Shown here: positions 9,778-20,008 of the stretch, in pieces
Layout: each line of letters opens with the position of its first letter
Position numbering within the stretch: position 1 is the first letter of the stretch
Virus record (IMG/VR): IMGVR_UViG_3300048591_000147
Span: 1 to 64,000 of that record
Strand: one strand, 5' to 3'
Length of the DNA stretch: 64,000 nucleotides
Translations under genes and position numbers: made by a program
The notes under the pieces: generated by a model
Seen by the model: only the letters and a program-made list of their open reading frames with translations
Told to the model about the DNA's origin: nothing
Database searches by the model: none

Positions 9778-10790
9778 GATTTAAATTTTTTGATGGCCGC
9801 ACAGATATAATTAATCTCAAAATCAGTTACATTACAGTGTAATGGAAAATTGATTATTCTGTCATATAAGTATGTGGCGTTATCATGGCCGTCAGCTATA
9901 GGTTTGTAATACTTGTTCGCCTCTATACCTATATCCCTAAATGCGTTTGGTGAGATGGGATTCTCGAATACTACTGGTAGATTACCATAGAAATTTCTGT
10001 CATTGAAATTGAATATTTTGACGTCTTTGTTATCGGTCAAGACCTCACAGTATTTTTTCTGCGCATTAAGATGCTTGTCAATGTCATAATTATCTATATG
10101 TTGTAAGATGAATGCGGCAGATACTTCGGATATCTTGAAGTTTGACGATTTTGGTTTGTGTATTCGGTTATAGTGAAAACCAAATCCACATATAGCCTGT
10201 AGTACTTCATACTCATCGGTGTCAACAACTAAAAATCCACCTTCTCCAAATCCAAATGTTTTAGTGTGATGTAGCGAACCAAATGATGCGTCACCCAATA
10301 AGCAAATGTTGACACCATCTTTATTACATGTTAGAAATGAAGATGCATTGTCATAGATTATGATTTTATCTTTGAATGTATTAATGTCAAAGTCCACTAC
10401 AGTACCAAATAGATTGGTTATTATGATACCATCGGCATCACCAACATCTTCTGGTCTAAGCGTGTATGTATTCAAATCTATATCGACAAGCCTAGTATTA
10501 GTTTCGTTTACTACACAACTTGGAAATGTAAACGATGGACTAACCCATTTCAATTTTCGTTTGTGTTTTGTTTCATAGTGGAATATTAGAGCGTGTAGCG
10601 CAGTGGTCCCATTCGATACGCACAATACCCTCTTGTTAGAAGGGCAATTAATCATTCTTTCTATTTGCTTTTCTAATAGGTCTTTGACTGGACCGTTATT
10701 TGTGAATTGGTTGTGGTCAGTGGATATCTTTAAATATTTCTGTACCAACTCGGAATCGATTGTTTTATGTTGAATATAGCTAATTTTCAT
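9774..10790 (-). CDS. DegT/DnrJ/EryC1/StrS PLP-dependent sugar aminotransferase
   Basis: FTNNGP, SNGTTALHAL, PSFTF, DNASS, GSLHHTK (PLP lysine), GEGG. Confidence 0.92.
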   Translation of the reverse strand: MKISYIQHKTIDSELVQKYLKISTDHNQFTNNGPVKDLLEKQIERMINCPSNKRVLCVSNGTTALHALIFHYETKHKRKLKWVSPSFTFPSCVVNETNTRLVDIDLNTYTLRPEDVGDADGIIITNLFGTVVDFDINTFKDKIIIYDNASSFLTCNKDGVNICLLGDASFGSLHHTKTFGFGEGGFLVVDTDEYEVLQAICGFGFHYNRIHKPKSSNFKISEVSAAFILQHIDNYDIDKHLNAQKKYCEVLTDNKDVKIFNFNDRNFYGNLPVVFENPISPNAFRDIGIEANKYYKPIADGHDNATYLYDRIINFPLHCNVTDFEINYICAAIKKFKS

Positions 10791-10801
10791 TTACGTTCTC
10801 G

Positions 10802-11587
10802 TCAATTTGGTGGAATATCCATTGTGTCTGCGTCAAACAATGTTTTATATGGTGGATCTTCTCTTGTAACGTCAGTCACTTTTTCCCAAATATCGTCTTG
10901 AGTTCGTATAGTATCCAATCGCAGTTTGATGGATTTTATGAAATTCTGTTTGATGTTGACTGGTGGGCTTAAATAAAACTGCACTCTGAAATTTAATGAT
11001 GTAACTATGACCCGCTTATCAGCGAGTTTTGGGTAATTTTTGTTAAAATCTACATTAACTAGCTCTACGCTAGTGATTTTCGTCAAGTCGTGAAAGTCGT
11101 CAGAAGTTTGAATTTGTAATACAGGATCAAAGATCATTAATATCTGTTCTAATATCTGTAAATGTTGGTCTTCATTACTACAATACATTGAAAGCTCAAA
11201 TAATCCGTCATATGGTATTGGTTGAGCTTGATAGACTACTTTTATGTCATCTGGTAACGATCCGCCCGCTGGTAGCACGCTATGGCGCATGAAAGTTCCG
11301 ACACCTTTTCTTCTAGATGGTACTTGTTCCATTCCGGCAAAATCAGCCGCGAACATGGGCAATCGTATAGGTTTATTTTGTGTATTCTCAGAAAGAATTG
11401 CATCCACTATTCGACTAGAATTACCATACCGGATAGGCACATACATTAGATTCTTAGTAGAATTGAAATTGTTTTTTCCAACAGATACTTGCAGCCCGGA
11501 AAATATGGCCATGAATTGTATTATATAGCTTCTGATTTGTTCGTCATAGAAATAGGTATCTAAGTCTTTCTTGAAATCATTATCCAT
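10802..11587 (-). CDS. Tail sheath stabiliser/completion protein, T4 gp15-like
   Basis: YFYDEQIRSYIIQF..IFS, VPIRYG, LPM, P.PYD..FELSMY, LQILEQIL..FDP pattern. Confidence 0.75.
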   Translation of the reverse strand: MDNDFKKDLDTYFYDEQIRSYIIQFMAIFSGLQVSVGKNNFNSTKNLMYVPIRYGNSSRIVDAILSENTQNKPIRLPMFAADFAGMEQVPSRRKGVGTFMRHSVLPAGGSLPDDIKVVYQAQPIPYDGLFELSMYCSNEDQHLQILEQILMIFDPVLQIQTSDDFHDLTKITSVELVNVDFNKNYPKLADKRVIVTSLNFRVQFYLSPPVNIKQNFIKSIKLRLDTIRTQDDIWEKVTDVTREDPPYKTLFDADTMDIPPN

Positions 11588-11946
11588 TAGACTGGGTGAA
11601 CTCCGGGTATAATAACATCCCTTTCATTACTAGCAATAACGCCTCTAATAATTACATCATATCCTTGTGTACGGGCAGACAAATTGGTAAATTCATATGT
11701 ACCATCACCCGCTGATGTAGTTGAAGCGACTAGAACCTTAAACTCTCTGTCAAAGACATCCACAACCCGAGATGCTGGCGCCATTCCAACTAGTACTAAA
11801 CCAGTGGGAGAGTCGCCAGCAACTCTTAACTCGCCGGGAGGTACATATTCATTCACAATAAATGAGGGTGTGAATGTTAATATATTAGATAGCGGGGCTA
11901 CAGGAAATAATACAGTATCTAAATACGCATCAATAATAAGAGCCAT
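11587..11946 (-). CDS. Small beta-sandwich fibre accessory protein, paralog of 2301..2648
   Basis: Motif similarity as above. Confidence 0.55.
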   Translation of the reverse strand: MALIIDAYLDTVLFPVAPLSNILTFTPSFIVNEYVPPGELRVAGDSPTGLVLVGMAPASRVVDVFDREFKVLVASTTSAGDGTYEFTNLSARTQGYDVIIRGVIASNERDVIIPGVHPV

Positions 11947-11949
11947 AGG

Positions 11950-12843
11950 TTACTCCCAGATTAACCCGAAATAATCGCGCCATGACATATTATTTTCAAG
12001 CACAATAAATGTTTTTGGTGTAACACCAAGAGTAGTGCAGGTAAATGTTGTTCCTAGTGTTAAACCATCAGTTGATGACAATGATACTACGTTAGATAAC
12101 GGCTGTATTAGTGGCATTGCACAATAATGTCGTGCCACCTGATAATCACCCGGAACACCAGCATGAATAGTCCCTGACGTACCGAGAAGACCGGGCATGA
12201 ATGCATATGCGTTACATCCAAAAATCCCAACATCAGTAGATGACCAAGTGTATCCAGTGGTAAATTCATATGTTGTGACTGAGGGACACACAGTGACAGT
12301 AGCTACATAAACGACAACGCCCTGTGCGGTAGGTGTTCCAGAACTGTCTACTGTACGATGTATTACAAGCCCAGAAACAGCTCCAGATGTAAAAACTACA
12401 TTACACTTTAATGCAAACCATACACACCCTTCTACCATACACGCATAAGTTTGTTTGGCCAGAACTGTAGAATCAAGAACGAATTGAGAAGAATAACATT
12501 GAACACGCGCCACGAATATACCTGTGATGGTGCCGCTTCCATTAGAACCAGTACCCACAGTTATCCATATTGATGGATATGTATGAACAACACCATTACC
12601 ATATTCTATTTTAACATAAATTGGTGCAGTGCCGTGTAATGAATCATTTAAATATCTTATTTCATATCCAGCAGCGGTATCAGTCGATCCTGATTTGTTT
12701 ACAGACGCCCAGTTTATTTGACCAGTGTCTGCGGATTTAATGAATCCTACCGCTGTTAAAGCATTTGAAAACGCCAACCCCCATGCTCTGAAGTTAGCAG
12801 TTGCTGCATGTGAAATTAATGTTGTATAATTATTTGTTGCCAT
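11950..12843 (-). CDS. Putative tail/fibre-associated protein, paralog of 1388..2299
   Basis: Motif similarity as above. Confidence 0.6.
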   Translation of the reverse strand: MATNNYTTLISHAATANFRAWGLAFSNALTAVGFIKSADTGQINWASVNKSGSTDTAAGYEIRYLNDSLHGTAPIYVKIEYGNGVVHTYPSIWITVGTGSNGSGTITGIFVARVQCYSSQFVLDSTVLAKQTYACMVEGCVWFALKCNVVFTSGAVSGLVIHRTVDSSGTPTAQGVVVYVATVTVCPSVTTYEFTTGYTWSSTDVGIFGCNAYAFMPGLLGTSGTIHAGVPGDYQVARHYCAMPLIQPLSNVVSLSSTDGLTLGTTFTCTTLGVTPKTFIVLENNMSWRDYFGLIWE

Positions 12844-12883
12844 TTTTATAATACCTTTAGTAGTTCGTTACATTATTTATACG

Positions 12884-13894
12884 TTAGGCGCACAAATTAC
12901 CGCCTACGTCATCGCCGCTTGGTGGTGTATATCCAGTGACTATATTTCCACCCACATCATCACCATTCGGTGGCGTGTAAGTGCAACCTACTACATATGA
13001 CGGGCTAGGAGTCACGGTTGGCGTAACTGTTGGTGTTACCGACTCTGTAGGAGTAATAGTTGGAGTGATTGAAGGCGTCACCGTTGGCGTCACGGTTGGT
13101 GTAACAGTCGGCATTACTGACTCTGTAGGAGTAATAGTTGGTGTTACAGTCGGTGTAATTGTAGGCGTCACAGTCGGTGTTACAGACTCTGTCGGTGTAA
13201 TGGTTGGTGTAACAGTCGGTGTTACAGTTGGTGTAATCGTAGGCGTAATTGTAGGCGTTACCGTAGGCGTCACAGTTGGTGTAATTGTAGGCGTCACAGT
13301 TGGTGTAATTGTAGGCGTCACAGTTGGTGTTACCGTTGGAGTGACCGAAGCGGTTGGTGTAACAGTCGGTGTAACACTAATCGTTGGTGTAACAGTCGGT
13401 GTAACTGACATCGTTGGTGTCACTGTTGGTGTTGGTGTTGGAGTTCTAGTTGTTGTAGGTGTAATGGTCACCGTGGGTGTTATTGTAGGTGTTACTGTAG
13501 GCGTCACAGTCGGTGTAATGGTTGGAGTAATAGTAGGTGTGACTGTTGTTGTAGGCGTCACAGTCGGTGTTGGAGTTGGAGTTGGCGTGACGTTTATTAC
13601 ACCATCGTTTAACGGTTTTATGAACAATACATTACAAAAGCCAGAAACGCTTTCTGAAAAATATATGTTAATCGACGAATCAGTTGCTTCGACATAATCT
13701 GGATATATTAATTTGTTATCAGTGTCAAAAACTTGAATTAATAGATTATCGGTATTGAATGTGTGTGAAATGTTCCAAACGCTAGTAGCTACAACTTGTG
13801 TGTTGGTCGCAACAGCAGGATTACTAGAAACGTCGACTGTTTCTAGTTCATTTGTCTTTGTGTTTATATAAATTTTCTTAAAACTAGAATTCAT
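12884..13894 (-). CDS. Pro/Thr-repeat (mucin-like) putative virion protein
   Basis: About 190 aa of xTPT repeats between an N-terminal beta domain and a YTPPxGDDVGG C-terminus. Confidence 0.75.
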   Translation of the reverse strand: MNSSFKKIYINTKTNELETVDVSSNPAVATNTQVVATSVWNISHTFNTDNLLIQVFDTDNKLIYPDYVEATDSSINIYFSESVSGFCNVLFIKPLNDGVINVTPTPTPTPTVTPTTTVTPTITPTITPTVTPTVTPTITPTVTITPTTTRTPTPTPTVTPTMSVTPTVTPTISVTPTVTPTASVTPTVTPTVTPTITPTVTPTITPTVTPTVTPTITPTITPTVTPTVTPTITPTESVTPTVTPTITPTVTPTITPTESVMPTVTPTVTPTVTPSITPTITPTESVTPTVTPTVTPSPSYVVGCTYTPPNGDDVGGNIVTGYTPPSGDDVGGNLCA

Positions 13895-13972
13895 GGGTCA
13901 TTCACCACTCACTAGTTCTAGTCCACAATATGATTTCATTTTATCACTCTTTAAGATATTTATTAATACCAA

Positions 13973-14908
13973 TTAAATTGGCGTTACAGATGGGGTAACT
14001 GTTGGAGTCACAGATAACGTAGGAGTAACTGTTTCCGTAGGTGTAATCGTTGGGGTCACAGATATTGTAGGGGTTATCGTAGGCGTCACAGATATTGTTG
14101 GTGTGACTGTTGGAGTGATAGTTGGAGTAGGGGTTATCGTCACTGGTACACAAGTAATTAATGGAGATCCAGCCTCCATTTCTATATCTGAATCATCTTC
14201 CATTGTTATCGGGCTGCAATTCTCCATCAACATCGCCTTAATCACATCTGTCGTAGTTGGTGTAATTGTAGGTGTAATAGTTGGCGTAACGGTGACAGTT
14301 GGGGTCACAGTTTCTGTAGGAGTAATGGTTGGTGTTAAACTAATAGTTGGTGTAATAGTTGGCGTGACGGTGACAGTTGGAGTAATAGTCGGAGTAACCG
14401 TAGGTGTCGGTGTAGGTGTTCTAGTTGTCGTAGGTGTCGGTGTAGGTGTTCTAGTTGTCGTTACAGTTGGTGTGACAGTCGCAGTTGTAGTTATTGTAGG
14501 AGTAATAGTCACAGTCGGCGTAATAGTTGGTGTTACGGTCGGCGTAATTGTAGGTGTAATGGTTGGAGTTATTGTAGGTGTAATGGTTGGTGTCACCGTT
14601 GGAGTAGGCGAATTTGTCACCTGTACCAAGGTTACATTAGGAATTGAAAAATGTATTGCTACCGTCCCAGTAACTATATCAGAAAAGTTGAATACTAAGT
14701 GGCTACCAGTGTCTATTACACTATTGGGTATGATGATTTCATTATTAGCGATAACTACGAATGAATAATCAGAAGAGTGTTTCTTGATGGTAACTTGGGC
14801 GGCATTGAATTCATAGATTACATCATTTATGTCGTCTGGTAGCGGACCGTTGAATAAAACGGTATTCCCTGTTTCTATGTCTAATGTGTATCGATACAAG
14901 ATATTCAT
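13973..14908 (-). CDS. Pro/Thr-repeat (mucin-like) putative virion protein
   Basis: Two xTPT tracts; N-terminal domain related to that of 12884..13894. Confidence 0.75.
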   Translation of the reverse strand: MNILYRYTLDIETGNTVLFNGPLPDDINDVIYEFNAAQVTIKKHSSDYSFVVIANNEIIIPNSVIDTGSHLVFNFSDIVTGTVAIHFSIPNVTLVQVTNSPTPTVTPTITPTITPTITPTITPTVTPTITPTVTITPTITTTATVTPTVTTTRTPTPTPTTTRTPTPTPTVTPTITPTVTVTPTITPTISLTPTITPTETVTPTVTVTPTITPTITPTTTDVIKAMLMENCSPITMEDDSDIEMEAGSPLITCVPVTITPTPTITPTVTPTISVTPTITPTISVTPTITPTETVTPTLSVTPTVTPSVTPI

Positions 14909-15858
14909 CTGTTTATCAATACTTGGTCAGTGATGTCAACGAATATGCTATTACTGTCTACTATAAAACCTATTCTCTGCATCGAGTACTCATTTGGTAC
15001 GGTAGTGGTTATTTCACCATTTTTCCCAACGAAAACTGTGGTCATTGGCGGTTCACTCCAATTCCAAGAGTTCGGATTTGATATCTTACCAAATTTTATA
15101 AATCTTACTACTTCACCGTTTGAATATGGTGCCAGTGAAACGCCTACACATTGTCGTGTGATATCCGTGCTGGATGCTACACCTAATTTGTTATAGTCCT
15201 TATAACATACACAATAATTTGCTGGGATCGTTTCTATAGCCTTAGCAGTGATTGCATGGCCCTCGGCTTTAGTGGATTGATCTAAAGCGTTCTGGTAGCT
15301 AATAAATGATTCAGTAGTTAAGAACGCACCACTACCAAATTTGTCTAATCTTTTAACAGGTTTTCCAGCATCATCAAATAAGATCTGGCCAGAGTAATTA
15401 CTTTGATTCAGTCCAACTGTAGAGCCGACAGAATATGCATTAACAATCGAACCGCTTTGTAAGTATCCTACAAATAAACGAACCTTATCTACCCAGCGAT
15501 TTCCAACCCTAACCTGCATGACTTTAGTCTTTAAATTAAAGAAGTGCTGGTCAGCGACTGGCGAAGCTGGTATTGTTGACCCGTATGTTGGTGCTACTGT
15601 CGTGTAACCAAAAGTTCTAACTCCAGTAGGAATGTCAATATCTATATAAAGATAATAGTTGTTGCTGCTTGGGAATGACCCAGTCCATGCGGTTAGGTTG
15701 GTTTCTGATTCTACTAATAGGTAATTATGGTTACCGTGGGCAAAAGTTCCGATGAATGGGGTAGAATCACAAATCAAACGAACATTATTACCAACTTTTG
15801 ATAAAAAAGATGGACTTGTTTGGACTTGAACTAGACCTTGGCGAAAAGATAATAACAT
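14905..15858 (-). CDS. Putative virion structural protein
   Basis: First gene of the minus-strand module; C-terminus similar to 834..1370. Confidence 0.55.
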   Translation of the reverse strand: MLLSFRQGLVQVQTSPSFLSKVGNNVRLICDSTPFIGTFAHGNHNYLLVESETNLTAWTGSFPSSNNYYLYIDIDIPTGVRTFGYTTVAPTYGSTIPASPVADQHFFNLKTKVMQVRVGNRWVDKVRLFVGYLQSGSIVNAYSVGSTVGLNQSNYSGQILFDDAGKPVKRLDKFGSGAFLTTESFISYQNALDQSTKAEGHAITAKAIETIPANYCVCYKDYNKLGVASSTDITRQCVGVSLAPYSNGEVVRFIKFGKISNPNSWNWSEPPMTTVFVGKNGEITTTVPNEYSMQRIGFIVDSNSIFVDITDQVLINR

Positions 15859-15887
15859 TAAGATTCCCTGTTTTGTATATTTATTTT

Positions 15888-16187
15888 TTAATCATTTAAA
15901 ACCGAATTAACCTGTTCATTTGATGTAACTGGTACACAGATATAATTATCTAACTCAAATTCGTTAAGCATTCTCTTATGATTGAAAATGTCAACGAAGG
16001 TTATCTGCATCACTCCAGTGGATTGTGAAAGATATTCTGATTTTTTAGAGTCGTAAAAGACTATGTCATCTTTTACATCATACTTATTAGTGCATGCGGT
16101 AACTGTACCAATAGTGAAGTCTACGGATGGTGAGTCTTTACAACCATATAAGCTAATTGCTAGAATTAATAAAACTATAAACCTCAT
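15888..16187 (-). CDS. Putative lipoprotein
   Basis: Signal peptide with LYGC lipobox. Confidence 0.6.
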   Translation of the reverse strand: MRFIVLLILAISLYGCKDSPSVDFTIGTVTACTNKYDVKDDIVFYDSKKSEYLSQSTGVMQITFVDIFNHKRMLNEFELDNYICVPVTSNEQVNSVLND

Positions 16188-16258
16188 GATTGCACCAACC
16201 TTTCAAATAATATGTCTATTTATCGTTATAAATAGTTGAAAATAGATAGGTAAAATAC

Positions 16259-16753
16259 ATGATGACACAAGCCAAAAGAAATAATGCTATATTAGGGGCT
16301 TCATGGTTAGCTTTGGGAGTGTTATTGATATTGTATGTGGCTGCGATAACGCTTTCTGGTTTGGGACAATCAGATGAATCTGCCCCAATGGCATCATCTC
16401 CAGCGCCCATGGAGTACACCGAAAGTATTTCTAATGTGTTAGTGAGTAGAGAATCATCACCTAGAGTTATATTAGAACCCCAGTTGATGATAAGTCAATC
16501 CAATTTGGCTTTTAAACTGGATGAGAGTTACATGGTCGCTTATGAAATGTTTAAATCAAAGACCATCGTGAGTGAAAATTCCACCAACACGAAAAAACAG
16601 TTTGAAAATTTTCTAGAACTGTATGGTATAAAATTGGATGACAATGGAATGTTGGTGGATGTTAGGGGGAGTATCGTACCCAGCAAATTAATCGAATGTC
16701 ATATAATGGGCTATTTTCCAGACAAGCCTTATATAAAATCTAATTGCGTATGA
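16259..16753 (+). CDS. Hypothetical membrane-anchored protein
   Basis: N-terminal TM segment; TATAAATA box about 30 nt upstream. Confidence 0.5.
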   Translation: MMTQAKRNNAILGASWLALGVLLILYVAAITLSGLGQSDESAPMASSPAPMEYTESISNVLVSRESSPRVILEPQLMISQSNLAFKLDESYMVAYEMFKSKTIVSENSTNTKKQFENFLELYGIKLDDNGMLVDVRGSIVPSKLIECHIMGYFPDKPYIKSNCV

Positions 16754-16929
16754 GCTTGTATATTTCTCTTAATTGAGCCGCCATAATCCCTGCTAGCAAT
16801 AAACAAAACACGATAAAAACGCTGTCCACCAAAAAATTGGTGGCAACAAATCCCATTATGGAATAAATCAAAATATAACCAGTTCCGCAAAAAAATAGGG
16901 ATAGTACAAAAACTAGTAACACTTTCATA

Positions 16930-17181
16930 TTATTCTGCATCACATTGCCTTTCTCTATAAGCCAACAATTCTGCATCATCCATATATGTGTATGTATATG
17001 CGATATTGTTACTATCCAAATGGCCAAAACACTCATCAAGGAAACCATTGAAGTCTGCATATGCAGAACTGTCGATGACTATAGCACCCTCATGCTCAAC
17101 ATTAATTAATATATATTTTTTAATCATACCGCCTCCGGGATTATGGTATTTATTGACCATATTGTGCGGTGATGATATCAT
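16930..17181 (-). CDS. Hypothetical protein
   Basis: ORF track only. Confidence 0.35.
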   Translation of the reverse strand: MISSPHNMVNKYHNPGGGMIKKYILINVEHEGAIVIDSSAYADFNGFLDECFGHLDSNNIAYTYTYMDDAELLAYRERQCDAE

Positions 17182-17216
17182 AAGCCGGATAGTAAAAGAA
17201 TATAGGGTGTTACTTT

Positions 17217-17917
17217 ATGAAATTTAAATTATATGGTGGACAATCTGAAGATGGTAGAGGCGCAGCCAGATACCTAAGAACTACGACCGATGTCAATGTA
17301 GCTAAAAAGCATTATGACAAAGTTTATAACGACCCATATTCTACGGGTAAAGTAGTTGTGCAGTATGATGACAAAGAAGATGATGAAATTGGCCAGTGGA
17401 CTGATTGGGAATCTCTGGGTTTAGTTATCGAAAAGGAAAAGGAAATGCGATATTGGCTTTATAAGGAAGGTACTGATAGATTAGTTCGTGGAAGTCACGG
17501 GGATTCTGGTGGGATGTCGCGTTTCGTGTATTTTGATGCTCTTACAAAAACTTATAAAGTAGAAGAAAACGCTAAGCCGAGAGTCGGTGGTGCCATTCAA
17601 GTAGGTTCGCCATATCCTAGACAATTTTGTGAGCAAGATTTTTGGCAAACTACTTTGATTGTAGAAATTTTGGAAGATTCCGAAAATTATGTTAAATTCT
17701 TAACTGAAAATGGTTCGATCTATGAATGGAAAATTTTATGAAATTTGAAATGCACCAAGGTTTGGTTATATTCTCAGCAGTTATGTTGGTGTTATCAACG
17801 ATAATGTCAGCTTATTTTGTTTATAATCATGGATTTATTGCACCATACTCAACTTTAGCGGGTATGACGGTGTTAGGCCATGTATTCATGGCATATATAC
17901 TCTTAACCGAGAGTTGA
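17217..17917 (+). CDS. Two hypothetical proteins (17217..17741; 17726..17917, membrane)
   Basis: Overlapping ORFs with RBS. Confidence 0.5.
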
Positions 17918-17943
17918 CGCTCGGGATAAAAGCTGTATAGTAG

Positions 17944-18069
17944 ATGACACAACCAGAAGGAAACAAAATGCCACACGAAAAAATCGAAATGAATAAATCC
18001 AACGATCTGACCGAAATGGCTAAATTGTATACTCAATTGTCATCGGCATTGTCCTCCGCAACGGAGTGA
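17944..18069 (+). CDS. Small ORF (MTQPEGNKMPHEK...SATE), below the track cut-off
   Basis: Open frame followed by a terminator. Confidence 0.35.
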   Translation: MTQPEGNKMPHEKIEMNKSNDLTEMAKLYTQLSSALSSATE

Positions 18070-18074
18070 ACAAA

Positions 18075-18100
18075 GAGGGGGGGCGCAAGGCCCCCTTTTT
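18075..18100 (+). terminator. Rho-independent terminator
   Basis: G-run / GCAA / C-run hairpin followed by T5. Confidence 0.75.
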
Positions 18101-18112
18101 CATTGGTAAAAT

Positions 18113-18180
18113 AAAACTCTCCAACATTTATTGTAATTAAAATTACAAGCGTATAAATACTCTTAATACTGGAGAGTTTT
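18113..18180 (+). promoter_or_regulatory. Late promoter (TATAAATA 18152..18159) inside an 11-bp RBS-occluding inverted repeat
   Basis: AAAACTCTCCA / TGGAGAGTTTT, with GGAG in the 3' arm. Confidence 0.75.
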
Positions 18181-18182
18181 AT

Positions 18183-19016
18183 ATGAACATATATTACACA
18201 TACATTTACTTAGATCCAAGAATAACTGGCATATGGGAAACAACGTTTGGAGTATTTAACTATGAACCATTCTACGTTGGTAAAGGAAAAGGGCAGCGAT
18301 ATTTAGTCCACCTTAAAGGTTGGGCATATAAGTATAAAAACCCACATTTATATAATAGAATAAGTAATATCAAGTCTGATGGGTTTGAGCCAATTGTAAT
18401 GATATTAAAAAACAACATATTACAAGAGGACGCATTAGCTATTGAGGCTAAATTAATAAATGAATTGGGCACTAGAAAGAATATATCACAAATAAAACTA
18501 GGACCGTTAGTAAATCTAAAATTGGACGGGAAGGTTCAGCGATTTTCAGATGAAACCAAACAAAAAATTAGTGAATCCGCACGAACAAGAAAGAGGAAAT
18601 CACATTCAGATGAAACCAAACAAAAAATGAGACTCGCGTCTGCGAATTTCACCGAAGAACAAAGAAAACAAAAATCAGAAAGAATAAGTAAGAAAATAAA
18701 AGGTAAAAAATTGTCAGAACAGCAATGTGAGCGCTTATCCCTATTACATAAAGGTAAAAAATTATCTGATGAACAAAAAGAGAAATTACGGATAACGTCT
18801 ACTGGCCGAAAACATTCTCCCGAATCGTTATTAAAGATGTCATTATGGCAAATTAAAAAATGGAAAATAGAAAATATAAATACTGGGATTTTTATAACGG
18901 ATAATCTAGCAGATTGGTGTAAATCTAACAATATAAATTATCATACACTCTATAATACATTAAAATCTCAAAAGTTTCACAAATTACATCGGTTGGTAGA
19001 AAAAGTGGCTGATTAG
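18183..19016 (+). CDS. GIY-YIG-family homing endonuclease with NUMOD3-like repeats
   Basis: YYTYIYLDPR..PFYVGKG..R; repeated HS.ETK.K / LS.EQK.K motifs. Confidence 0.85.
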   Translation: MNIYYTYIYLDPRITGIWETTFGVFNYEPFYVGKGKGQRYLVHLKGWAYKYKNPHLYNRISNIKSDGFEPIVMILKNNILQEDALAIEAKLINELGTRKNISQIKLGPLVNLKLDGKVQRFSDETKQKISESARTRKRKSHSDETKQKMRLASANFTEEQRKQKSERISKKIKGKKLSEQQCERLSLLHKGKKLSDEQKEKLRITSTGRKHSPESLLKMSLWQIKKWKIENINTGIFITDNLADWCKSNNINYHTLYNTLKSQKFHKLHRLVEKVAD

Positions 19017-19042
19017 GGTATACGAATTTAACCACCCTTCAA

Positions 19043-19954
19043 TCAGAAGGGTGGTAGTTTTTTCAATAATTCTATATAATTGTCTTTTTGAGGGTCATTA
19101 TTTTTAACCCCATCAATCCACATAGTTACCATTTCTGGAGTTGGTGGCTCAGGTTCTGGTAATTTTTCTACAGGTTCCGCAAATGGATTATATGGACAGT
19201 AGAATGCACCAGCATCTGTTTCTATTTGACATTTATACATAATTGGACCATCAATATTTTTTCTAGGTTCTTTTCTACTGAACTTCTGTTCTAGTGCCAT
19301 AATCAGATCTGTCATGTTGGCTGCGTATAGGCCCGCCGCGTTGAGCGTGTTAATTTCGACGATCTTAATACCGTCTGGCGTTTCGCAAACATCTATCACG
19401 TATGCCTCATGTGGTTGCCAGTCTCTACGATAAGAACAGCACAGGTTGTAAACGAAATTGTCAAATCGTTTATCAACGTCAGATGAGTAATGCACCGTGC
19501 CTCCACGTTTATACATGGATTTCGTTACAATTTTTCTATCTACTATCCAGTACCTATACTCCGCGTAGATTTCTTTAACAGGGCATACTTGGATTAATGT
19601 ATCACCGTTCATAGAAGAACCATAGTCATCACCCATCGTGAGAATACTATGTTGCCAATCTGTAAGCTCTTGATCCGTAAAGACTTTTCCAGCAAATACC
19701 TTGGAATCTTCAATTGGACGAAGGAATGCCGTTCCTGTTACAATCTTGGCATCAGCAAATCTCGACACAACAGCATCAGCATTGAGCATATATGAGCCCC
19801 AATGCTTCATCTGCTCATTGAAATTGACTGGCTCTAGATCGAACACACCGGGATACCAACCTTTCTTTCTTGCAATATGACGCATGGAATAAGATCCCAT
19901 GCATATTACATTAAGTAATAAATAAGAAAAAAGATTCAGTCGAATGACAATCAT
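19043..19954 (-). CDS. ATP-grasp protein (DUF4343/R2K-like), possibly N-terminally truncated
   Basis: F.RP..DSK.FAG, EYRYWIVD, YVIDV..T..G.KIVEIN..AAG.YAA. Confidence 0.7.
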   Translation of the reverse strand: MIVIRLNLFSYLLLNVICMGSYSMRHIARKKGWYPGVFDLEPVNFNEQMKHWGSYMLNADAVVSRFADAKIVTGTAFLRPIEDSKVFAGKVFTDQELTDWQHSILTMGDDYGSSMNGDTLIQVCPVKEIYAEYRYWIVDRKIVTKSMYKRGGTVHYSSDVDKRFDNFVYNLCCSYRRDWQPHEAYVIDVCETPDGIKIVEINTLNAAGLYAANMTDLIMALEQKFSRKEPRKNIDGPIMYKCQIETDAGAFYCPYNPFAEPVEKLPEPEPPTPEMVTMWIDGVKNNDPQKDNYIELLKKLPPF

Positions 19955-20008
19955 GGGTTATCTCCTTATACGATAAAACCCCCATAACCGTCGATAAACT
20001 TACTGAAT
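19934..20008 (+). ncRNA. Y-RNA-like element A (minimal)
   Basis: ATTCAGT-CGAA...CTT-ACTGAAT terminal helix with bulged C; inner ATGGGTT/AAccCCCAT stem; TTATC. Confidence 0.65.

Noticed and set aside
1388-12843. Invertible tail-fibre cassette (Mu G-segment type)
   Set aside because: Paralogs are diverged, and no invertase or flanking inverted recombination sites were seen
12981-14768. Gly/Val-repeat ORFs on the + strand (12981..13697, 14103..14768)
   Set aside because: They are antisense shadows of the xTPT repeats on the minus strand
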